Below are positions 8,621 to 18,604 of a stretch of DNA of 64,000 bases, one piece after another. Positions within the stretch are counted from its first letter, which is position 1; the number at the start of each line of letters is the position of its first letter. A program made the translations under genes and the position numbers. The stretch spans positions 1-64,000 of the forward strand of contig JBNKCR010000026.1 in NCBI GenBank assembly GCA_050287845.1, given 5' to 3'. The notes beneath the pieces are model-generated. The model searched no databases and was not told the origin of the DNA. It saw only the letters and a program-made list of their open reading frames with translations. The DNA is from Polyangia bacterium. Lineage in GTDB: Bacteria; Myxococcota_A; Polyangia; JAAYKL01.

Positions 8621-9552
8621 ACGCTTATTACTTACCGCATCATCAGACACCTTTTTCAGGAAAAACGGCAACCGTCATCGGCCAGATCACCCATGACACC
8701 GGTGAACGGCCGCAACCCGGCGGATGTGCGTATTTTGCCGCCCGAACCCTGCAGGATCTGGGCGCGGAAATATCATTGCTCACGTGCGTGGGAATGGATT
8801 TTCAATTTGAACACAAACTGCGCGGCATGCGGCGAATCATTGATATGGGCAATCAGACCACCGTCTTCACCAATATTTATCCCGGGGATGGGCCTCGCAT
8901 TCAATACGTGACGCAGCAGGCGCCAGCCATTTCGCCCAACACTCTGCCGGACGAATGGTGCCACGCCGACCTGCTCATTCTGGCGCCGGTCATGGGAGAA
9001 CTCAGCGATGCAAAATGGCAGAAGATCAGAGGGGCCGGCCACACATCGATGTTTCTCCAGGGATTTCTGAAAGAGGCCACTCCCCTCACCCGCAACAACA
9101 GACGACTCGTTGTTCCCCGCGAAACCCCATTTCCGTGGGAAATCGTCGCGCATGTGGATTCTGTCTTTTTAAGCACAGAGGACATCGAGCTCTTTGCGTC
9201 TTCCGCCTTTCTGTCTCAACTGATTGAGCGGGTGCCCGTTGTTGCGGTCACCGACGGCGAAAACGGCTGTCGCATTCATTACAACGACACCTGTATCGAT
9301 GTGGGGGTGTTTCCGGTGGATGCCTGCAATCCCACCGGCGCCGGAGATACATTTGGCGCCACCATGGCGATGGCACTGGCCAGTGGATTCCCGGTAGCGG
9401 ACGCCGGTCGACTCGGTGCCGCTGCTGCGTCCACGGTGGTGGAACGAAATGGTGAAGAACGACTGACAAAAATGAATTTCACCTGGGAAAGATGGCGCCA
9501 TATCGCATCGAGAAAGATACAATGCCACCATGACTACACCACCTCCGGATAG
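8617..9552 (+). CDS. PfkB/ribokinase-family kinase
   Basis: IG.ITHD…PGG.AYFAA, VTDGENG, PTGAGDTF; ATGA overlap with the SDR stop. Confidence 0.88.
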   Translation: MNAYYLPHHQTPFSGKTATVIGQITHDTGERPQPGGCAYFAARTLQDLGAEISLLTCVGMDFQFEHKLRGMRRIIDMGNQTTVFTNIYPGDGPRIQYVTQQAPAISPNTLPDEWCHADLLILAPVMGELSDAKWQKIRGAGHTSMFLQGFLKEATPLTRNNRRLVVPRETPFPWEIVAHVDSVFLSTEDIELFASSAFLSQLIERVPVVAVTDGENGCRIHYNDTCIDVGVFPVDACNPTGAGDTFGATMAMALASGFPVADAGRLGAAAASTVVERNGEERLTKMNFTWERWRHIASRKIQCHHDYTTSG

Positions 9553-9569
9553 ACGCATGCAAGCGGTTT

Positions 9570-12167
9570 TCACCCTTCCCGGTACAGGACAGCGAATTGT
9601 CCACGGGCGTCGGCATACAACTTGAGGCGCTGGCGTTCGTCTGTATCGACTACTTTGATAATATCATTGAAATATGCGTATTCCGGGAGCAATTCCGCCA
9701 GTTTTCCGGAGGTGTCGTTCAGCCACTCTCTGTTCCACACGGTAGTTTCCCTGGCGGGCAACGCTGCCAGATATAGCATATCGGCTTCCACCAGTTCATT
9801 GAAGAAGTGCGTTCCCAGCGACACGTCGGGCACCAGGCTGTCGCTCATGGCCACAATTTCGCAAAGCACTTCGACCGTATTGATTTGGGCGAACGACACC
9901 GGCACCCCCAGCGCCGGCGTGGTGGTACCCCAGCGACCGGGGCCAATGAGTGCCAGGTGATAGTCGGCTGCCTCGGCCCCGGGTAAATGCAGCAACCGTC
10001 CAATGACTTCCGCAACCTGGTAGCGCTGGGCTTCGCTCAACCGACAATACGCTTCCGGCACCACATAAATCACCCGGGCCATATCGATAAAGCGACTCTG
10101 GCCAATCACCGGACCGGCACACTGCAGCACCACCTGATTGGACTGCAACTCAGGTGGATGCCCCACCTCGCTTCCCCGGTGCACCTGCATGGGTCGGCAC
10201 TGCACCACGTTGATGAGGTAATCGTCTTTCGACGTGAAGTTCACCGTGAATTCCACTTCCACCGGATAGGCATAGCTGGCTTCCAGAATGGACAGCATCT
10301 CCCGCATGTCCGCAATGAAATGGGTCTCTTCAAAGATGCGATCGAAGTTAATCACCCACGAAAATATGTCGCTCCGTCCCCGCTGCCGGGCAAACTCCTC
10401 CGCCGCCAGATCCCGCTCGGCAAACCACGACACCCGAAGCCCGGTGGACGCCTTTGCCACCGTGTCAAAATCCAGACTCCCACAATAATCGGACCGCAAA
10501 TCGAGCACATCCACCTTGCGCTGTGAATACTTGCCCGGGTCTCCGGAATCGAGTTCAGCCCGCCGCAGCGGGGCATTGAGCGCCACCAGCCGGGTATAGT
10601 CATCGTCGCGCCGATCCACCGCCCGGGTGCCAAGGCCAAACACCAGGCGCAGCATGCCGCTATCCGGATGGATACTCTCGTGCCAGATATATGGATTGAA
10701 CGACAGGCCCACCCCCGCCAGATGGGGATAAAAATATTGCCCGGAAATGCACCCCGATACCCGCTGGACCAGCAACCCCATTTCTTCGTCCATATCGAGG
10801 ATGCCCCGCTTTTGCCGGTACAGCAGCGCCTCCCGGCTCAGGGTGGAGGCAAAAATTTCCTTCACTGCGGCGATAAATGCATCAAGACGCTGCTCCGGGG
10901 TTCCCTGATTGGGCAAAAACACACTGTCGTACTTGCCGGCAAAGGCATTGCCAAAATTGTCTTCGAGTAAGCTGGACGACCGCACAATAATGGGGGACTG
11001 GCCAAAATACTGCAGCATGTTCCAGAATCGATTCACAATATGCGGCGGAAACGTCCCGGACAATATGCGCTTTCTCGCGTTTGCCGCACCGGCCAGCATG
11101 CCCGTCTCGCTCTGCCGCCTGTGCTGCAGCCACCAGCTGCCATCCGATACCAGGTAGGAGCAGTACAGGTCTGTGCCAATAAAAAACGAATCGTGGGGCT
11201 CAATGGCATTCCGGTATCTGTCGAATCGCTTTCTGAGAATCGCGCGGGCCAGCAGCATCCCCACGGTCTTCCCCCCAAGCCGGCCTGGCGCCAGCATGCG
11301 GCTTCGGATTTCGAGCAGGTCTTCCACGGAAAAATATTGGCGGGCCAGATCGAGAACTCTGGAATTGCTGCTGATCATCATTTTCATCAGCAGCGGCTTG
11401 TAGGACTCCACCATTTCCCGGGGCACCTGTCCTTCCCGATACTCGGCAACCACTTTTTCAACCTTGAGAAACGTTCTCGACCAGAACCCCTGCTGGTAAC
11501 TTGCCGCATCCTGCCACGACCACGATACGGTGCGCATGATTTCGGCCACCGTGGCGCTGTGAGCCACCGGCTCGAATTGGTCTCCCTGTTTTTCGTGGAG
11601 TACATACATTGATGGCGAATGGCGCTCCGCCACCTTTCGGGGCAGCACGAATACCCGCTGATTGCGGTTGAACACGTCAATGAGAATCTGGGTATGGTCG
11701 CTGATGGGATTGGTGGCGTAAAACGAATGCTCTCCCTGCAACAGAGAAAACAGGGCCACAGCCCCTTTTTCGTGGATGTACGGACAGATGAGCGCAAAGA
11801 AATTGCCTACCATTAAATCCGAATACCAGCACGTGGCCAGCGATGACATGCTGTCGAAGAGGTAATATCCCCCTTCGCCCATCTCATCAATCTTTTCGTG
11901 AATCATGAAGGTGAACCGCTCGAATCCCATCTCCGGGGACAGCGGAACCGTCTCCACCCCTGCCATATCGTCAATCAGCTTTTCCTGGCCTTCAAAATGA
12001 AAGTACACCACACGGGCGCCAGCCACCGCCCCGGCACGGACAAACGGTGCGGCAAACAGGCGGTAATCTCCCGGCTTGTCCACGTGAAACACAATGTTGT
12101 CCCCGGGGAGCAATCCGGTCAGCAGCGTGTCCAGCCCCGACAGACCGGTGGTGAACGGCGCCGTCAA
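9570..12167 (-). CDS. PEP-utilising-enzyme N-terminal (PPDK_N, ATP-grasp) domain protein with a degenerate RecA/KaiC-like N-terminus
   Basis: TGLSGLD.LL.GL..GD start; GGK, PIIVRSSSLLED, FAGKY.S, VFGLGTRAV, VEVEF, VQCRP, GPGRWGT. Confidence 0.8.
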   Translation of the reverse strand: MTAPFTTGLSGLDTLLTGLLPGDNIVFHVDKPGDYRLFAAPFVRAGAVAGARVVYFHFEGQEKLIDDMAGVETVPLSPEMGFERFTFMIHEKIDEMGEGGYYLFDSMSSLATCWYSDLMVGNFFALICPYIHEKGAVALFSLLQGEHSFYATNPISDHTQILIDVFNRNQRVFVLPRKVAERHSPSMYVLHEKQGDQFEPVAHSATVAEIMRTVSWSWQDAASYQQGFWSRTFLKVEKVVAEYREGQVPREMVESYKPLLMKMMISSNSRVLDLARQYFSVEDLLEIRSRMLAPGRLGGKTVGMLLARAILRKRFDRYRNAIEPHDSFFIGTDLYCSYLVSDGSWWLQHRRQSETGMLAGAANARKRILSGTFPPHIVNRFWNMLQYFGQSPIIVRSSSLLEDNFGNAFAGKYDSVFLPNQGTPEQRLDAFIAAVKEIFASTLSREALLYRQKRGILDMDEEMGLLVQRVSGCISGQYFYPHLAGVGLSFNPYIWHESIHPDSGMLRLVFGLGTRAVDRRDDDYTRLVALNAPLRRAELDSGDPGKYSQRKVDVLDLRSDYCGSLDFDTVAKASTGLRVSWFAERDLAAEEFARQRGRSDIFSWVINFDRIFEETHFIADMREMLSILEASYAYPVEVEFTVNFTSKDDYLINVVQCRPMQVHRGSEVGHPPELQSNQVVLQCAGPVIGQSRFIDMARVIYVVPEAYCRLSEAQRYQVAEVIGRLLHLPGAEAADYHLALIGPGRWGTTTPALGVPVSFAQINTVEVLCEIVAMSDSLVPDVSLGTHFFNELVEADMLYLAALPARETTVWNREWLNDTSGKLAELLPEYAYFNDIIKVVDTDERQRLKLYADARGQFAVLYREG

Positions 12168-12170
12168 CGG

Positions 12171-13541
<1,371 letters not shown>

Positions 13542-13589
13542 TTATCAGTATAACGTACCCACTATAACAAATCGAAATGAAAACAATAA

Positions 13590-13618
13590 TTGACAAACAT
13601 TGATTCAGATTTCAAACT
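13590..13618 (+). promoter_or_regulatory. Possible sigma70-type promoter for the cytochrome operon
   Basis: TTGACA-N17-CAAACT, about 40 nt upstream of ATG 13659. Confidence 0.3.
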
Positions 13619-13658
13619 GCATTCAAATCAGACCGCTCCATGCAAGGATGAGAGATTT

Positions 13659-15950
13659 ATGATTCCTGAACTGTTGATATTCGTTATTTTCCTGGTATTG
13701 TTCATATGCATTGCCGCCGCTATCCGGATGTGGATAAAAAAAAGCCGGGAAGCCCACAGTCTGACCAGATACAATACGGTCGTTCAGGCCGGTGTTGATA
13801 TTCCCCCCACCCTGCACCCGGTGTTCGACGCCGCCCGGTGCATCGGGTCCGGCGCCTGTACCCATGTGTGTCCCCAGGGCGACGGAGTGGTGGGCCGCAT
13901 TCACAGCAGAGGGGTGCTCATCGATCCGACCAGCTGCATCGGCCACGGTCTCTGTGCCGCTTCGTGCCCCATGGGCGCCATCCGTCTGGTATTCGGCACC
14001 TCTGAACGGGGCGTGGACATTCCCCATCTCTCCAATCAGTTCGAAACCAACGTCCCCGGATTGTATATCACCGGAGAGCTTGGCGGCATGGGACTTATCG
14101 CCAATGCGGTGCGCCAGGCCAGAGAAGGCATGGACAATATTGCGAAGGTGCTGAAGAACACCCCTTCGGCAACCCACTCACCGGACATGGTGGATGTGTT
14201 GATTGTCGGCGCCGGACCGGCGGGACTGGCCAGTGCTCTGGCTGCCCGATTTCACGGTCTCTCCTATCGGCTTTTTGAACAGGAATCCTCGTTCGGCGGC
14301 GCCATTCTGCAGTATCCCCGCAACAAAATCGTAATGACCCAGGCCATCCCGTTTCCGCTGGCGGGAACGGTCCAGCCCACTACCATGAATAAAGCGAAAC
14401 TGGTTTCCATGTTTGAACGCATTGTTGTCGAACACCACATCAAACTGGAAACCGGCATGCGCGTCGAACAGATTTCCCGACAGGACGACGGCAGCTTCAT
14501 TGTGAAATCCGGCAAGACATCGGTGCATGCCCGGAAAGTCATGCTGTCCATCGGACGAAGGGGAACGCCCCGCAAGCTGGGCGTACCGGGGGAGCACCTG
14601 CCCCATGTCCGATATATGATGACGGAACCGGACACATATACCGGCCAGCGGGTGCTGGTGGTGGGCGGCGGCAACTCCGCCGTTGAAACCGCGTGTCTCC
14701 TTGCAGAAACGCCGCAAACCCAGGTGTCCCTCTCCTATCGCAGCGATTCCCCGGACCGGGCGAACGCCGCCAATCGCGAACGATTGGAAGCGCTGGTCAA
14801 CGAAAATAAACTTCAGACCATTGCCAACAGCACGGTCTCTGAAATCACACCGGAGTATGCATTGCTGACCCGGCAGGGGAGCGAAGTGCGCATCCCCACC
14901 GATGCCGTCATTGTTCAGATTGGCGGGGAACTGCCCAGTAATCTCCTGAAGCATTTCGGGGTTTCTCTGGAACGGCATTTCGGCGAAGAAACCGAAGAAA
15001 ATCGCACCATGGCATCGGCGGATGACGTGTTCCACCACATCCGGCGGCAACGACGGGCCGAGGGACTTCAAAACTTTCATGTGGAAAAACCCGGAATTCC
15101 CGGCTGGCTGAAGTGGTTGCTGGGAATACTGAGCATCGCTGTGCTGGGAGTGCTGTTCTACACCGGCCGCGCTTACTATCTCACCCCGGAAATCATTCGA
15201 CGCGACATGGAATCGCTCCATGTGTTCGGGGCGTCCGGCATCTTCGGACACTCCATCGGCATCTGGGCGGCGGTACTGATGGCGTTCAATCTGCTGTATT
15301 TTGCCCGCAAAGAATACCGCGTCTTCAGCAGATTCGGCAACATTCACAGCTGGATGTATTTTCACCAGTTCAGCGGGTTGCTCGCCGCCGTGGTCATCCT
15401 GTTGCACACTGCGCTCATTATGCACAACGCCTTTGCCCTGGCCCTTTACATCAGTCTGGGGCTGCTGTTGCTGACCGGCATTATTGGTCGATATCTGTAT
15501 GTGATGGTCCCCACCGATCCCCGGGGGCGTCCCCTCACCCACGAGGCGCTGGTGGACCTTTCGGACCGTATGAAAGAACAGTACAGCGATCTGTTCGGAC
15601 AGCTGGACGCCACCATCGAAGTGTCCAAAGTGCTGGACCGGGGGTACCAGCCCAATCATTCGTTCGCCATGCTGTTGCTGCGCCTGTTCACCATCTGGCC
15701 ATACCGCCTTTTTCAGCTCTCAGGCATCTTCCGCCGCGCACACAGGCAGCTTGCCGAAAAAGAAGCGTTCGCAGCGTTCAAACATTACGGCACCGAAATG
15801 GCGCGTCTGCATCTGCAGCTGGAAATCGCGTGGCGCATCAAACGCCTGCTCAGTCTGTGGCGGCACGGCCATGCCATTCTGGCGATGCTGACCGTGGCCC
15901 TGGTAACCATTCACGTCATCATTGAAATAGAGGTGGGGTACCTGCCATGA
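13659..15950 (+). CDS. Membrane oxidoreductase: N-terminal TM anchor, 2x[4Fe-4S] ferredoxin, thioredoxin-reductase-like FAD/NAD(P)H domain and C-terminal cytochrome b-like membrane domain
   Basis: CIGSGACTHVCP and CIGHGLCAASCP; IVGAGPAG; GRRGTPRKL.VPGE; VVGGGNSA; TM helices with two H-x13-H pairs. Confidence 0.82.
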   Translation: MIPELLIFVIFLVLFICIAAAIRMWIKKSREAHSLTRYNTVVQAGVDIPPTLHPVFDAARCIGSGACTHVCPQGDGVVGRIHSRGVLIDPTSCIGHGLCAASCPMGAIRLVFGTSERGVDIPHLSNQFETNVPGLYITGELGGMGLIANAVRQAREGMDNIAKVLKNTPSATHSPDMVDVLIVGAGPAGLASALAARFHGLSYRLFEQESSFGGAILQYPRNKIVMTQAIPFPLAGTVQPTTMNKAKLVSMFERIVVEHHIKLETGMRVEQISRQDDGSFIVKSGKTSVHARKVMLSIGRRGTPRKLGVPGEHLPHVRYMMTEPDTYTGQRVLVVGGGNSAVETACLLAETPQTQVSLSYRSDSPDRANAANRERLEALVNENKLQTIANSTVSEITPEYALLTRQGSEVRIPTDAVIVQIGGELPSNLLKHFGVSLERHFGEETEENRTMASADDVFHHIRRQRRAEGLQNFHVEKPGIPGWLKWLLGILSIAVLGVLFYTGRAYYLTPEIIRRDMESLHVFGASGIFGHSIGIWAAVLMAFNLLYFARKEYRVFSRFGNIHSWMYFHQFSGLLAAVVILLHTALIMHNAFALALYISLGLLLLTGIIGRYLYVMVPTDPRGRPLTHEALVDLSDRMKEQYSDLFGQLDATIEVSKVLDRGYQPNHSFAMLLLRLFTIWPYRLFQLSGIFRRAHRQLAEKEAFAAFKHYGTEMARLHLQLEIAWRIKRLLSLWRHGHAILAMLTVALVTIHVIIEIEVGYLP

Positions 15951-18604
15951 CACCAACCATCCATCAACGTCTCTTCGCCGTCTGTCTCCCTGCGCTCGTT
16001 CTCGCCTGTTCGATATTGGCCGGTGTCGCCGCGCACGCCCAGGTATTTTCCCCGGGCAAGCTATCGCGCTTTCATGCAAAATGGGATTCCCTTGGCCATT
16101 GCGACGAGTGCCACACCACAGGCCAGCGGGTGGACAGAAAAAAATGTCTATCGTGTCACGAGCCGGTCGCAGAACGAATCCGGCAGAAAAAAGGCTTTCA
16201 CGGCCAGAAACGGGTTCGCACTCAGTCCTGCGAAAATTGTCATTCGGAGCATCGGGGCGAAACGGCGTCCATCATCAAATGGTCATTTTCAGACCACGGC
16301 GATACCCTGGCCAAACGGGGAGAGGCCGATTTCAACCACGATCAGACCGGCTGGCCCCTGCGGGGGTCCCATGCAAAGGTAAAGTGCAACAACTGTCATC
16401 GAAAGGAACTGATCCGCGATGCCAGAGTGCTCAAGTACCTCCAATCCCATCCCGGCGCCCACACCTTTCAGGGGCTCACCACCCGGTGCGCGGACTGTCA
16501 TTTTGATGAGCATCGCGGCCAACTGACAAGCCGCTGCGAAAAGTGTCACGATGAAACCGAGTTCCGGAAGGCCCCAAAGTTCAAGCACAATGAGCACTGG
16601 AAGCTGAACGGCGCCCACAGAACCGTGGAGTGCAAACTGTGTCACCGGGAGCAGGTGGACGCCAACTACCGGCAAAACGCGTTTCCCAGACCCAGAGCGT
16701 CCACTTATCTGCGGATGACGCCCGTCACCCATGGCAAATGCGTTGACTGCCACAAAGACCCTCACGAAAAGCGTTTCGGAAATGATTGTCTGTCGTGTCA
16801 TACCGAGGACACCTGGATTCTGAACTCGCAACCTCGGGACCTGACGTTCCACGACAGGACCAACTTCCCACTCAAAGGCCGGCATCGTTTTGTTCCCTGT
16901 GAACGATGTCACCCCAGAAATGCCCGGGGCAAAATGAAGCAAAAGCCCATTGCCCACGATCGCTGCAACACGTGTCATCCCAACGCCCATCCGGATTTCG
17001 GCAAGGGCGCCCGACTGTCCACCGGGGACTGTGGGGACTGTCATGACAACAATAGATTCTCGCCTTCCACCTACTCGGTTGAAGTGCATCAGAAATCCAG
17101 GTTTCCCCTGTCAGTGCCCCATCAGGCGGTCCCGTGCACCGATTGTCACCTGAAAAAAATGGGCTCCCCGATTGGCGACAATGCCGCCCACAAGCTCAAT
17201 GGATTTGCCGCCAAACGGGTACACTCTCCCTGGCGAATGACTGCCCGGATATCTCCGGATGACTGCAGTTCCTGTCACGAGTCGCCCCATCGAGATCAGT
17301 TCGGCAAAAAGAAATGCACGGCGTGCCATGTCAAAACCACGTGGAAAATCGACCCGGCCGGCTGGCAGCATTCGAAGCACAGCAAGTACGCGCTGGAAGG
17401 ACGGCACAGGAAGGTGCCCTGCTACCAATGCCACAAAACCGAAACCGATTCGGACGGCCACCAGTTTGTCCGATACCGCCCCATGGCCCATGACGACTGC
17501 ATTGATTGCCACACCGATCAGCACGCCGGTCAGTTCCAGTATCTGTCCCCCCGGAAGAAGTGCCGGGACTGTCATGACGTGAACGGGTTCGCTCCATCCA
17601 GGTTTGATCATAACGATCCGGCATTCAGCTCGTTTCCATTGAAAGGCAAGCATGCATCGGTCAAATGCGCCAGATGTCACCCCCGGGTGAAACTGTCCGA
17701 TGGTTTCTCCACCCTCCGATATCGACCCACGGTCACTGATTGCGATCTGTGTCACGAGGACGAACACAAGGGCGCCTTTAAAGAAGTGGCGGCGATGCAG
17801 CGCAGCTCGGTCACGCCGTTTCACAATACTTCCGACGCCACTGCACAGAAAGATTCATGGCAGATGCCATCGAGCTGGATTCCAGAGGAGAGCAGCCGGA
17901 CCGATTGTGCCGCCTGCCACGAGGAATCGGGCTTCGCCAACGTGCACTTCAACCACGACAACACGAGATTTCCCCTGAAAGGCAGGCACCGGCAGGTCCC
18001 GTGCGCCAGTTGTCACAAAACCAGCATCAATGATCCCCTGCCCCTCACCTGCGAGGGATGCCATACCGACGTACACAAGGGCAGTCTGGGCCGCAACTGC
18101 CAGGAATGTCACGATGAAAGTGGTTTTCAGAATACGCTTCCCGCGGTACTGGCTCGACACAACCGAAGTCGATTTCCGTTGATTGGTCGACACGCCGCCG
18201 TTCCGTGCACTGAATGTCACCGGGATGGGAACAGCCGAGAATTTAAAAAGACGCCCACCGATTGCCGGGCGTGCCATGCCAAAGATATTCCCGGTCCGGG
18301 AGAAGCCGCGATTGACCACGACCAGCTGGATATGGCCTGCGATCGATGTCATACCCCGGTAGGATGGCACACTGCCGCCTTTGAGGGACACGATCGCTGC
18401 TTCCCCATTGGCACGGTCTCCAAACACGGTTCGGTCGCGTGCAGCAAATGCCACCTGGGAAATCCCCCTCGCCGACTGGCCAACTGCGACACCGGCACAT
18501 TTTCGTGCATTCAATGTCATGGATGTCAGACCTCCCGTCACCGGGACGTCGTTGGATATTCATGTGAGGACAGGAGGTGCTACGAATGCCATCGCACACC
18601 ATGA
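15947..18604 (+). CDS. Secreted multiheme cytochrome c with 30 CxxCH motifs
   Basis: Signal peptide ending AHA-Q; 30 CxxCH counted by hand; repeating FPLxGxHxxVxCxxCH units; ATGA overlap. Confidence 0.95.
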   Translation: MTPTIHQRLFAVCLPALVLACSILAGVAAHAQVFSPGKLSRFHAKWDSLGHCDECHTTGQRVDRKKCLSCHEPVAERIRQKKGFHGQKRVRTQSCENCHSEHRGETASIIKWSFSDHGDTLAKRGEADFNHDQTGWPLRGSHAKVKCNNCHRKELIRDARVLKYLQSHPGAHTFQGLTTRCADCHFDEHRGQLTSRCEKCHDETEFRKAPKFKHNEHWKLNGAHRTVECKLCHREQVDANYRQNAFPRPRASTYLRMTPVTHGKCVDCHKDPHEKRFGNDCLSCHTEDTWILNSQPRDLTFHDRTNFPLKGRHRFVPCERCHPRNARGKMKQKPIAHDRCNTCHPNAHPDFGKGARLSTGDCGDCHDNNRFSPSTYSVEVHQKSRFPLSVPHQAVPCTDCHLKKMGSPIGDNAAHKLNGFAAKRVHSPWRMTARISPDDCSSCHESPHRDQFGKKKCTACHVKTTWKIDPAGWQHSKHSKYALEGRHRKVPCYQCHKTETDSDGHQFVRYRPMAHDDCIDCHTDQHAGQFQYLSPRKKCRDCHDVNGFAPSRFDHNDPAFSSFPLKGKHASVKCARCHPRVKLSDGFSTLRYRPTVTDCDLCHEDEHKGAFKEVAAMQRSSVTPFHNTSDATAQKDSWQMPSSWIPEESSRTDCAACHEESGFANVHFNHDNTRFPLKGRHRQVPCASCHKTSINDPLPLTCEGCHTDVHKGSLGRNCQECHDESGFQNTLPAVLARHNRSRFPLIGRHAAVPCTECHRDGNSREFKKTPTDCRACHAKDIPGPGEAAIDHDQLDMACDRCHTPVGWHTAAFEGHDRCFPIGTVSKHGSVACSKCHLGNPPRRLANCDTGTFSCIQCHGCQTSRHRDVVGYSCEDRRCYECHRTP

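Noticed and set aside
5940..9552. Aminoglycoside (2-deoxystreptamine) gene cluster
   Set aside because: No aminotransferase, glycosyltransferase or resistance gene is adjacent.
9570..12167. ppdK or ppsA
   Set aside because: No phospho-His swivel or C-terminal pyruvate-binding domain is recognisable.
13574..13616. Fur or FNR box upstream of the cytochrome operon
   Set aside because: Only partial matches in an AT-rich spacer.
14178..15659. 493-aa minus-strand ORF and similar long shadows (6876-7793, 3649-4539, 15113-15925, 16289-17089)
   Set aside because: They overlap well-supported genes, show no motifs, and are expected in GC-rich coding DNA.
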